From contig NC_068985.1 of assembly GCF_001194135.2 (NCBI RefSeq), positions 121,533,551-121,597,381 of the forward strand: 63,831 bases of DNA. The letters run 5' to 3'. The position numbers and the translations under genes are program-made. This document shows, piece by piece, positions 52,176 to 63,831 of the stretch; the stretch's first letter is position 1; the number at the start of each line of letters is the position of its first letter. The notes beneath the pieces were generated by a model. It ran no database searches, had not been told where the DNA came from, and worked only from the letters and a program-made list of their open reading frames with translations. The DNA comes from Octopus bimaculoides (Eukaryota).

Positions 52176-53312
52176 CTAGATGTGTTCAAATAGTATCTGA
52201 CTTCATTTTCTTCTGCCAAAACTGATGCTGCATGGGAGAAATCATTTGGGTGGGAGGTGATGCCACCCTTCCTATGCATGAAAATTTTTGCACCGGTAGG
52301 CTATGTCACTTCCCAGATGTTATGCCTAGAGTACAGATGTATAGTGTATGCTTGTTGGATTTTCATTTACATAAAAGATGACCGAATGCATCAAGCAGAA
52401 ATACTGCATCAAGTTTTGCTATAAGCTTGGTCATACTCAAGCTATCCAGAAGATTCAGCAGGCTTGTGGAAATTATGCCATAGGCAAAACTCAAGTCAAG
52501 GAGTGGTACAACTGTTTTAAACATAGCTGCACCTTAGTGGAGAGTGAAACAGGATCAGTACATTCTATTTTAACAGAAGATTTGCGCATGCAGAGAGTAT
52601 CAATGAAATTCATTCCCAACGTACTGGCAACAAAGCAGCAGAAGCAAATCCACATGGTAATCACTCAGGGCATACTGAGCTGTGCAAACCACAACCTAGA
52701 CTTCATGATGACCATTATCACTGGTTACAGTGCTCCCAATGGAAGCATCTGTCATCACCAAAGCCCACAGCAATATGAAGATAATGCTGACCTGTTTTTA
52801 TTGCTCTTGTGGCATTGTGCATCATGAATACACATCACAAGGCCAAACAATCAATAAGGATTGCTACCTGAAGGTTATACATCACCTTTGAAATGCTGTG
52901 CATTGAAAGTGGCTGGACATGTAGGAAGTGAAGAATTGGCAACTTTACCACAACAATGTGCTCACTCATTTTACCCACATAATCCAAGTTTTCCTGGCCA
53001 AGAACAACACAGCACTAGTTCAACAGGCTCCCTACTCTCCCAACTTCGCACCATGTGACTTCTGAGTCTTTCCCCAAACTGAAAACCATGCTGAAAGGAA
53101 AGTGACTGAAGTCGCAAGAGGAAATTATGAGAAAAGAAACAGCAGAGCTCCATGTCATTCCAAAGGTCTTACCAGTAGTGGCAGAACCACAGGAAGAAGT
53201 GTGTTAACTCCTAACAAGAGTATTCTGAAGGTGGTTAAACATAATTTGTGAAATGTACCAAATTGTTTTTTTTTTAATGCCCAAACATTGGATACTTTTT
53301 GAATGCACCTCG
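52176..53312 (+). mobile_element. mariner (DD34D-type) with both TIRs, internally deleted and defective
   Basis: Right TIR GGATACTTTTTGAATGCACCTCG-TA; decayed left TIR at 52176; KYCIKFCYKLG...QVKEWYNCFK HTH; LAPCDF.SFPKLK..LKG region near 53040-53100. Confidence 0.85.
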
Positions 53313-55405
53313 TATATTGACATGCATCCATACATACATAAGTTCATAAGCACTGATAGCATGTACATACATACAAGCATGAACAAATAATAACCTCACA
53401 TAGGTTCCAACTGGTTGCAAGTGAAGTCTTCATCAATGTATTACCACCATGTATACACACACTTCTCTGCCTTCACTATATTACATTTTACATATTTATT
53501 TATTGAAAGCTAAAGTTCCATGCTGATCCTCCTCAGGGTTTTCTCATTCCTAAATATTCTTCAGGTTACCTTGAACAGCATGCAAGTCACAAAAGACTCA
53601 GACTAGCAATAAAGTGAAGCTGTGGCATCAAATGCATGGGCACTTTATTATATATATATATATGAAGTCCTTTTCTTCTCATTTGATTATCCAAATGCGC
53701 ATGTGTAGCATTATACAATGTCTACAGAACTGCTCTTTCATTAAGTACATGAATTCTACACAATAATCCAGAAAAAAAGTACTCTCACTTATCAAATATA
53801 AAGTTGCCAGGGTCAGGCAAAATGTATTGCAATATCTATTCAGGCATCTTGCATTCTGAGTTCAAATCCCATCAAGGTTGATTTTTGTCAGGAATCATTC
53901 TAGGATCAATAAATAAAATACCAGTCTAGAGTAGTGGATAGATGGCAATGTTATATCATTAGCAGTGTTTGTTCGAGCTCTATGTGTTTTAAGTTGAAAT
54001 CCTTCCATGGCCAAGTTGGATAGTAAATCAGTCCCCAGATTTAACACTATGACACATTACCTTGATATCATTAGAGGAGTCCCTACTCTTGTAAGCATTT
54101 GACCAGGTTTCTCAAAGGAGGTTAACTTCCTCCCTCTCACCAGCCTCAGAGACCCTACAAAAGGCCTTGGAGACTACCCTTCATGTTGACAAAAACATTA
54201 AAAATAAAAAGAAAGGTTCCAAGAGCACTAAAAGACAGCAAAGGCTATATAGGCAACGCTGCCTGCTGGCCACTCTCTCTTTTCTACTCTTCATCTCCTA
54301 CTTCCTCTTTTTCTCTCTTTCAAACTATATCTTTCTCCTTCTACTTTGTATAATATATAAAGCTAAGTGTTCCCCTTTGGAGCCATACAAGAACTTATAT
54401 AAAAGATAAAATAAGAGGTTGTGGAAGGAACTGTGGGAGCTGTTACAAGAAGAATCAGTGTTTAGTAAAACTGTCACATGCAAAAGGGGTCCAAAAAAAA
54501 AAAAAAAAAAATGAGGGAATCACTCTGCCTCCAACTAAGGGATAGATGTTAAGAGAAGATTGAGATTGTCGAATATAAACAAAAAAATATCATCATCACA
54601 TCAGTTATATATAAAAAGGGGTAGGACATCTGCCTTCTTCCAAGGTTATTATATCTATATACCAAATGTTTATACATTTACATAAACAGATATATATATG
54701 TACACACAGATACACACATGCATACACAAATATATGCAAACATTTATACACTCAAACATGTGTGTGTGTCCTCATGTGTATGCCTGTAAATGCACATTTA
54801 TGTGTGAGAAAGAGAGATGAAAGAGCCAATTGTAAACTAATAGCTTCTATAAAGACGGTGGATATTTGCCTTAGAAGTAGGCTATCGGGATGTCGAGCTT
54901 GCTTGTAGTTGTATTGGTGACCACCAACTTAACCATTTCAAATCCAGGTGTGTCTTATGATTATATTCCTCCCCTAAACAAACATTAATATAGAAGCTGC
55001 AGTCACCATAGGATAGTGAAAAGAAAAGATAAAATAAGGGAAAATCAAGGAGAAAACTTGAAACTATAAGCACCTTACCTGTTTCTGTCTAACAACATCT
55101 CACAGTAAATTTGACAAGGATGAAGGTAGACACAACAAAAGAATATGAATATTCCATTGAATTGGCTGGTTTAAAGTTTGGTCTTTTTCTTTTTCTCTTT
55201 TGTACATGAGATTGAACATGCAAGATTTTGCTTACAATTTCATCCCATAAAAATCAATAAATAATTTAAAACCTGCTGAACATAAGTAACATTTTTTTTT
55301 TTTTTTTGACAGTGAAGAAATTATATAAAAAGGGAAAAAAACACAAGATATTGATATGATAATGTAAATAATACTGAAAATGTTTTGTTTTTTTAATATG
55401 AAACG

Positions 55406-55439
<34 letters not shown>

Positions 55440-55869
55440 TAATAATATCAAAAGATAATTATGTATAGAATTTAAAATATGAATTAAAAAAAATATTCTT
55501 TAAATTAAACACAAGAAAAACAACATCTAAACAAAAGGGAAAAAAAACAAGAGCAGACATTCACAGAAATGTCAAATGATATCTAAGAAATAGAAAAGAA
55601 AGTCTCAGTTAATGTCACCATCAATAACTGTTACCTATTTATCACATTTTCAATAGAGGGATAAATGGGAGAAATTAAAAATAAATAAGGATCTCTTTGG
55701 CAAAAAAAATAAATTTCTGCTCCCAATCTTTTTTTTTTTTCTGTTTTTCTTTTGGTCAAGGAACATTCTTTTTGCTACTGACTTTCTTAAAGTAATAAAT
55801 TTTAAATATGAAACAACAAACCTTACAGTAAAAAGAAATCCTGGAATTAAGTAGATGAATTATCATTCT

Positions 55870-55877
55870 ATACATAC

Positions 55878-55909
<32 letters not shown>

Positions 55910-56140
55910 TATATACATACATATACACACACATATATACATATATGTACATAAAACACACGCACATCTATATAGATATATACATATATACACTCACACA
56001 TATACATAGATATATACATATATACACACACATATACATAGATATATACACATACACACATATACATATATATATACATACACATACACACACAAGCACA
56101 TACATATATATATATATATATATACATACATACATACATA
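55870..56140. repeat. Compound (CA)/(TA) microsatellite (similar tract at 59375-59610)
   Basis: Direct inspection. Confidence 0.95.
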
Positions 56141-56915
56141 TAAGAAAACATATAAAGTTGATTGGATATCAGACTACTAATTAAAATAAGAGTAATGGTA
56201 ATATACTTGAAGCATTGCAGTATGTAAATAATGAGATGTTTATAAAACCTTTAAGGATTGCAGGTGAGGAGTTAATTGAAATAATGTAAGGTAATGTCAT
56301 TGAGTGAAAAACAAAGATATTGCATTACTTCACATAAGCTGGTTAATAATCCAATAATACTCTGAGATAACTCCCCATTTTTAAATAAAACAAAAAAAAA
56401 ATCAATAGAGTTCAGAGAAGCTGTTGGAATTTAACTACTCACACTTATTGCTCAAAAGTTTTTAAGATAATACTGTAAAGATCTCATTACTAATTAAAAT
56501 ATTATTTAAATCTTGCTACTGATTCTGTCATGGCTTCTGTATGGCCAAGTTCATCTACATGCAGATACCACAGGGTATTTTTACCCGTAAAAGCTACATT
56601 GTAATCATGAAAAAGACCACAATGTTAAGTGTTTCAATAGCTTGCAGTGCAGTTTAAATTTTCCTGTGAGTACATAATCTGACAAGCCCAAGACACACCA
56701 CATGAAGATGGAAATCCACAGTAGTACCTCCAATGGGGCCTATGACCATATTCCATGTTAAATAACTAGTCTCCTTGGTTGTAATAAGGTAATACAAGGT
56801 GTTACAGGAGTAAATAACAGAAGCAAACAAAGCATCTTGTCTTCAGCTATAATTCCATTCATATCTCGGATACCCTACACTTATAGACACCCAGTACTTG
56901 ATACATACTTTATAT

Positions 56916-57177
56916 CAGTGGTTCCCAAAGTGGGCTGTATCTCCCCCACCCCCGGGACAGTGGAAAGACCCGGAGGGGGGGGTTAAAAAAAAACGGGGCA
57001 ATGGATGTGAAAAAAAAAAATAATGGGTTAATTACGTTAAGTTTTATATGTAAAATACTGTTGTTTTGAATTTGCTGCAGAAAATGGTCTGTGTCAATGG
57101 TGGTGAGTGGGGGTGGCACTAGGAATGTGGCCTTAGAACCAAGGGGGCAGCAGCCTGAAAAAGTTTGGGAACCACTG
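56916..57177. mobile_element. hAT-type MITE
   Basis: Perfect 14-bp TIR CAGTGGTTCCCAAA and perfect 8-bp TSD CTTTATAT. Confidence 0.93.
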
Positions 57178-60100
57178 CTTTATATTACTGACCGCAGAAG
57201 AATAAAAGGTAAAAATTGACCTTGGTAGGATCTGAACTCAGAATGTAAAGGGTTATCATTAAATACTGTTAGGTATTTTGTCCAACACACTAACAACTCA
57301 GCCAATTTATTTATCATATCAATGTGCTTCTTTACCTAACAAGGCTAAGTTCAAATATTTCTGTAGATTTTGTTGTTCAAGGCAAGATAAGCTTTGTTAT
57401 GCACTGCTTTGAGACAAAAACTTGCTCTGGTATCCACAAATGGGAATATGGAACTTGTCCTTAAATATGAAAGTAGTTTTAGTCTTTAGGTACATAAATT
57501 AATGATTTGCTCATGAAGACCACAGAACTGTAACATAGCAGTTTAAAGTGAGCACTAAAACTCTGCCCTATAAAATAATGATTCTGAAACCTAGTCCACG
57601 CACACATGCATACATATGTATATATATAGTTGATAAAGGAAATGGAAGATGGATTTAGTATGAATCTTTATTTAGCACGATGGTTGTTTCGACCAATCCT
57701 GCATCTGTCTCATAGGAGTGGGATATTGTGCATCTGGTTGCATTGCATCAATCAGTACAGGCTGTGTTACCTCAGGTGTTTGATGTAGAAAAATAGAAAC
57801 AAGACGAAACTAATAATCCCAGAACCTTAAACTGCATTAGTAACAGCTTCAAAATATAATCACCATTAACTAATTGTATAAGAAATTATTATAATTCATT
57901 ATTCTCTTTACCCAGAAATTCCTTTACACAACTATTGACTCATGTTGTTTGAAAATACATTTTCTTTTTCTTTTTTTTTAAATATTTTCCTATAAGTTAG
58001 TTTTTTTTAGTGTTTATTTTTTTTTTAAATAAATGACATGTACAGAAATTCCATAATCTTAATCTGTGTATTAAATGGTACACATGGTAATACATACCAT
58101 ACCTGACAGCAAAGAGTTAAAATATTCATTCATACATAGAATTTATTATTTCTTTTGTAGTACCTTACTGCAGTACACAGTCTTCCATAATTACCCCTTC
58201 AGCAGTAAAACTAAAGAAAACTCACATGAGAGAGGACTACCAACATTGAAACATCAGGCAAGTATCTTCAAGAAATTGGTAGAGATTGGGAATGGGTTTT
58301 AAGGAAGACAGAAAGAAAGTAAAAAGGAGTGGAAAGTAAAAGGAAAAAAAGACATTCCACAATGGCAACCTATTTTAGCTAATAATAACTGCAGCAGCCA
58401 TTATTCTCTCACTCACCAAACCTTCCACTACACTGTACATGGCCCCATTCTAGGGGTAAAATAACACCATTTTATTTTTTTAATACAATTCTTGGCTATT
58501 CTGGAAAAAGTTGAGTTTATGAGAAGATGACTTAGAATAAAGGAGAATATCTTTCATTCGTACAAACAGAATTAAATAAAACAAAAAAATACAAAAAAGA
58601 ATACATTAATGAAAGTTTTTAGGAAACCTCAACCAAACACTATTTTTTTTCTTTTTCCATACTTTCCATTTCATTTCTTTTTTTTTTTTTTACAAAAAAG
58701 GAGTTTAGTTGGCCAGGAATAAGATTCTGACAAACAGAAATATTTTTCAATGACAAGTATAGNNNNNNNNNNNNNNNNNNNNNNNNNNNNNNNNNNNNNN
58801 NNNNNNNNNNNNNNNNNNNNNNNNNNNNNNNNNNNNNNNNNNNNNNNNNNNNNNNNNNNNNNNNNNNNNNNNNNNNNNNNNNNNNNNNNNNNNNNNNNNN
58901 NNNNNNNNNNNNNNNNNNNNNNNNNNNNNNNNNNNNNNNNNNNNNNNNNNNNNNNNNNNNNNNNNNNNNNNNNNNNNNNNNNNNNNNNNNNNNNNNATAT
59001 ATAGTACATTGCATATTTTATATATCTAATACATTATATACATATAGAAGTAATTTAGTGAATACAGGAATTATACATGAGGTACTTCAAGTTTCATTCT
59101 CTGAAAGTGCAGTATTCATTAAATAATATTTCACTCTCACTGAATTGAGTGCTGATCCTATCAACAAGTGAACAGTAACCTATATATAATTATATATAAA
59201 GGTACAGTGAAATGAACAGAAATAGAACTCAATACATAAGAGGATGCATGTGTATTTTTTAATCAGCTGTAATGTAAAAGACTGAAAGAGTTGAGAATGC
59301 CATGCATTGCACTTATCAATGTGACTCTTCACCCTTCAGTCACTTATGTACCTTTCACAGCCTCTTAAAAATAATATATATACATACATATTCACATACA
59401 TACATACATACATATATATATATATACACACACATATATATATATACATACACATATATACATATACATATATATATATTATATACACACATATATATAC
59501 ATACATATATATATATTATATACACACATATATATACATACATATATATATATATATACACACATATATATACATACATACACATACATACATATCTATA
59601 TATATTTACATACATTGTTTGACCTTATTTCCATTTAGCAACACCACTTCTCACAGCCATAGTTCAAAACTTTAGAAAATACAGAAAAACAACTCCAAGA
59701 AATATTTGAAAATTACTATATCTTATATGAAAACAGCTTTATACATTCCTCATTTTTTTAATATATATATATATATATACTGCTTCTTGTTTGTTTTTTT
59801 AAGTTTTTTATTATTTTTCTTTGTTTTGTTTTTTACTTTTAAAAGAAATCTTGAACTGTCTTTCAGTCAATTCTATAAAGTGAAACTGCAAAATATTTAT
59901 TATGTAGTGCTTTACAATATAGCAGTGGTGAGAAAGAATTGTTGAACACTGCTTCACTACCACCATCATGGCCATATAAAGGCCCATACTGTCCAGTTAA
60001 ATCTCACCTTATGACAACACAAGCTAGTCAGTTTAACAGCAGTTTTTGGTTACAATAAGTCCCTATCCCCCAGCAAAACTCATTTGTTACTCAAGTGGTC

Positions 60101-61840
60101 GTTAAAAAAAAAATATTTAAAACTATAAATATGCAATCATAGCACTGTAAATGGCAAGGTATTGTTGCTCGTTATTGAACTATTAACTCTCACACACCTT
60201 TGCTTAATAAAGCCAATGTCAAAGAGCTAACTGGCAAAGCATGGTGAAAACACTGAGGGGCAAACCTATGGGTCCAGCATTTTGAGCATTGAAAAAAAAA
60301 ATAATAATGTGATGTCACATGCGATTATAATTCTTAATTATAGTTTATACACTCAACATCACTCACCCCACACCCTTTTACTTCTCCAGGATTTAGGTCT
60401 GAAACATGTGATACCCTAACATTTAAAGGTGGTAGAGAGTTTATTGAGAAAAATTTGCTATCAGTATTAAGCAGGTCAAGTGACTTCATATAAATTCCTT
60501 TATTGGCTGTTGAAAGGTCAAGTGATGTGTATATGTGTGTGTGTGTATACACATACATGTTTTGTGTGCACATGTGGCTGGCTGGCTGGTACACAGGTTG
60601 ATAGGTAAATGTGTGTATGAATGTATAAACATATACATGTATAAATATGCATTGGGTGGATAAAATATGAAATAAGTTTGTGTATTTGAAAGCAGAACAA
60701 AGCAAATTCAATGCCTAAGATTGAATTTTTAAGGATGGGAAATCTAAAACATAAAGAAAAAACAATGAATATTGTATAATTCTTTCACTTTCTTTGTATT
60801 TTTTTGAGTTGTAGACATTATCAGAAAGTTTCATTCTGGACAAATACTGCAAACTGAAACTTTCAACACAAAACATAATAATAATCATAAAACTAACAGT
60901 CCTTTCTATTACAGGCACAAGGCCTGACATTTTGAATGTTGATCACAGCGACCCCCAGAGCTCAACTGATAATTCATTGACTCTGAAAGGATGAAAGGCA
61001 AAGCCAACCTTGGCAGAACATGAAGACAGATGAAGTGCAGCTAAGTATTTTGTCTGACAACTGGCTGCCTTAATGATGACAACAACTAAGGTATCTATCA
61101 CAACTCTATATGGTATGTTCAGCAAAGAATAAAGCTATTGCTTAGGGTCCAATGCATATCAGTGCAGATAGATTTTGATAGCAGTGTAATTGTTGGTCTT
61201 AATATATTCCAGCAAAGGTAAAAAAGCTAAACAGATGTCAAAGCATTTGTTGGTCAAATTGCAGTAATTAGTCTAACAGATATTAGTAAATCTATTTGTT
61301 AAACAGATATTAGTGTAGCAGTTAGCTTAGTTTATAAAATTGATATTGGTGTAATGGATATTAAATATGGCTATTTGTCTAACAGATCACTGTTGAAACA
61401 CTGCTCTTAATGCATTTTAAAGCTGCTGGTCAGTAGTCATAATATTAGCTGAGCTATTAAACACACACACACACTCTTGTAGCCTCGGCTGTTGACCATT
61501 GATCTATCTAGAGTTAACTTTCACTCGCAAAATTAATCAGTATCTTTCCCAATCTAATCCTCCTCATCATCACTAACTTTTTACTATGATATAGGTTGAA
61601 TAGATTTTCGTCAAGCCAAAATCTGTCTTCAATGAAGTTAACATCCTGAAATCTGAACTCAATATTCTTTGTGCTTTCCTTGCACTTTCTGTCATGGCAG
61701 TGTTGCCATTTAAGTACTGTCTATGACCTTCACACATAGATAAATGAATGCTCAAAGCCAGTGCTGCCTGTCACTCATCCAATCAATTTCTGCCACCAAT
61801 CCAGCTACAATGGCAACATTCAGTTCTAGCCAGGCTAAAT

Positions 61841-62197
61841 ATTCACTGCCAATTATTGGTCAAAACACAGTTGTGATACCATTTCACTGCCAATCATTGG
61901 TCAAAACACAGTGGTGATGTCATTTTACTGCCAGTCTTTGGTCAAAATACAGTGGAGATGCTATTTCACTGCCAATCATTGGTCAAAACACAGTGACGAT
62001 GTCCTTTCACTGCCAGTCATTGGTTAAAAAACAGGTGATGTTATTTCACTGTCAGTGATTGGTCATATAGGTGATGATGTCATTTCACTGCCAGTCGTTG
62101 GTCAAAACCTAGTGATGCCATTTCACTGTCAGTCACTGATCAAAGCAGTGATGTTATTTCACTGCCAGTTTCTGGTCAAAACACAGTGAGATGTCAT
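61841..62197. repeat. Minisatellite, 9 units of 36-41 bp
   Basis: Consensus ATTTCACTGCCARTCATTGGTCAAAACACAGTGGTGATGTC. Confidence 0.92.
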
Positions 62198-62481
62198 TGG
62201 TCCAGTAGACACTATCGCTGTAATTAACACAACTAAATACAGATCACCTATTAAAAGAGATTGAGTTAATTGACAAAAGAAAATGTAGGATGATGGAGTG
62301 AGCTGTATATTTTACAATACAATAAAAGACTATAAACATTGCATGTAAGGTGCCAAATGTCTCAATCAAACAGCCAGTAATGAGGAAGTAAAAATAAAAA
62401 CTGCTTTTACTCTACAAGACCTAGAAAGACTTAAAGGGATAACACATATTAAACAGTAACAGAGATGATGGTGATGATAAT

Positions 62482-63313
62482 AATTGGTTCTGAATTAAGC
62501 ACAAGGCCTGGAATTTGGAGGAGAGGGTTAGTCAAACTGACCTAGTTCTTCACTAATACTTTACTTTATCTATCTTAAAGGAATGAAAAGCAAAGCTGAC
62601 TTCTAAAAGAGTTGAACTTAGAATGTAAAGAGCTGGAGCAAATATTACAACATATTTTCTCTGCTACTCTAACAACTCTGCCAATCCACTAACCTTATTA
62701 ACAATGGTCCAAATTTAGGCATAAGGTTTGATATTTCAAGACAAGGGTGAGTCAATCTATCATTGCCCTTAAAAATAATTCTTTCTACTATAGGCACATG
62801 GAGGCCTAATATTTTGCAGGAAGGAGTTAGTCAATTACATCAATCCCAATGTTCAACCAGTAATTATTTTATCAACCCTGAAAGAATGAAAGGTAAAGTC
62901 AACTTTGGCAGGATTTGAACTCAGAACACAAACAGTCAGAAGAAACACCACCAAGCATTGTGTATGGCCAGCAACTGGTTGAGCCAGCCCATTGCCTTTA
63001 AAGGATGAAAAGCAAAGTTGACCACAATGGAATTTGAACTCAGAACGTAAAACCAGAATAAATGCTGCTATGCATTTTGTCCAACACATTAATGATTCAA
63101 TCAGCTTGGTGCCTTCTTAATAATAATAATTATTTCTAATTTAAGCATAAAGCTAGTAGTTTTGAGGAGGGAGATTGGCTGATTATCACTGACCTCATTA
63201 AGTGACTGGTACTTCATTTTATCAACCCCAAAAGAATGAAAAGCAAAATTGATCTTGGCGAAATCTCTGAACTTAGAATGTAGAGTGATGCAACTGAATA
63301 CTGCAGCAGCAAA

Positions 63314-63352
<39 letters not shown>

Positions 63353-63550
63353 CCTTTCTTCTGAAGGCACAAAGCCTGAAATTTTGGGGGAGGGGCTAGT
63401 TAATTACATTGACCCCAGTACTCAACAGGTACTTATTTCATAGACCCCCAAAAGGATGAAAGGCAGCATTTGAACTCAGAATGTAAAGACAGAAGTTACT
63501 GCTAAGCATTTTGCCCGGCATGCTAACGATTCTGCTAGCTCACTGCCTTC
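62482..63550 (-). mobile_element. Array of about six co-oriented SINE family 2 copies and fragments
   Basis: Repeated GGAATGAAA(A/G)GCAAAG...TGAACT(C/T)AGAA units, mostly separated by (AAT)n. Confidence 0.8.
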
Positions 63551-63551
63551 C

Positions 63552-63587
<36 letters not shown>

Positions 63588-63831
63588 TGATGATGATAAT
63601 AATAAATAACAACAACAGCAACAAAAACAAAACAAACCAAATTAATTTGGGAATCATAGAAAAAAACATACTGAGTGCTAAAATTATCTGACAGGTCACT
63701 CAAACAAAACATGAAATCATACAAATAAAATTTTTAAAATAATGGAAATGAATGTCTTAAATTTTTTTCCAAAATATATTGTTTTTTTTTTTCTTGTTTA
63801 ATTTCAAATTATTGACACCAACAAACAAAAT

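Noticed and set aside
26410-59675. Many ORFs rich in YI/HT/CV dipeptides or X runs
   Set aside because: Translations of microsatellites and N gaps.
61841-62197. CRISPR-like appearance of palindromic repeats
   Set aside because: Units are contiguous with no unique spacers; eukaryotic context; no cas genes.

Overview
AT-rich animal genomic DNA with six N gaps. The SINE/RTE repeat families suggest an octopus (inference). One protein-coding gene is supported: the 3' part of Suv4-20/KMT5B (histone H4K20 methyltransferase) on the + strand. It has five exons (1303-1415, 2331-2517, 5256-5392, 6656-6819, 9964-12677) that splice in frame to 1104 codons plus stop; the N-terminal exons lie upstream of the window. 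The remaining ~46 kb is a transposon graveyard: RTE and R4/Dong LINE remnants, a Penelope RT remnant, tRNA-derived SINEs, DD37D (maT) and DD34D mariners, a pogo-like element, hAT and piggyBac-type MITEs, Helitrons, minisatellites and microsatellites. The most notable observation is a short element with a tRNA-like Pol III promoter followed by a minimal type I hammerhead ribozyme motif. It occurs twice as head-to-head inverted arms (28.7 kb and 33.3 kb, the latter with a 13-bp TSD), suggesting a Penelope-mobilised, ribozyme-bearing SINE. A second hammerhead family lies in sense orientation in intron 2 of Suv4-20. Other points are an intronic copy of part of the gene's own last exon, a 4-nt tandem splice donor that could give a SET-only isoform, and a SUMO/PDSM cluster plus PxVxL motif in the tail. 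All alignments and folds were done by eye; ribozyme activity and TE family names are untested.
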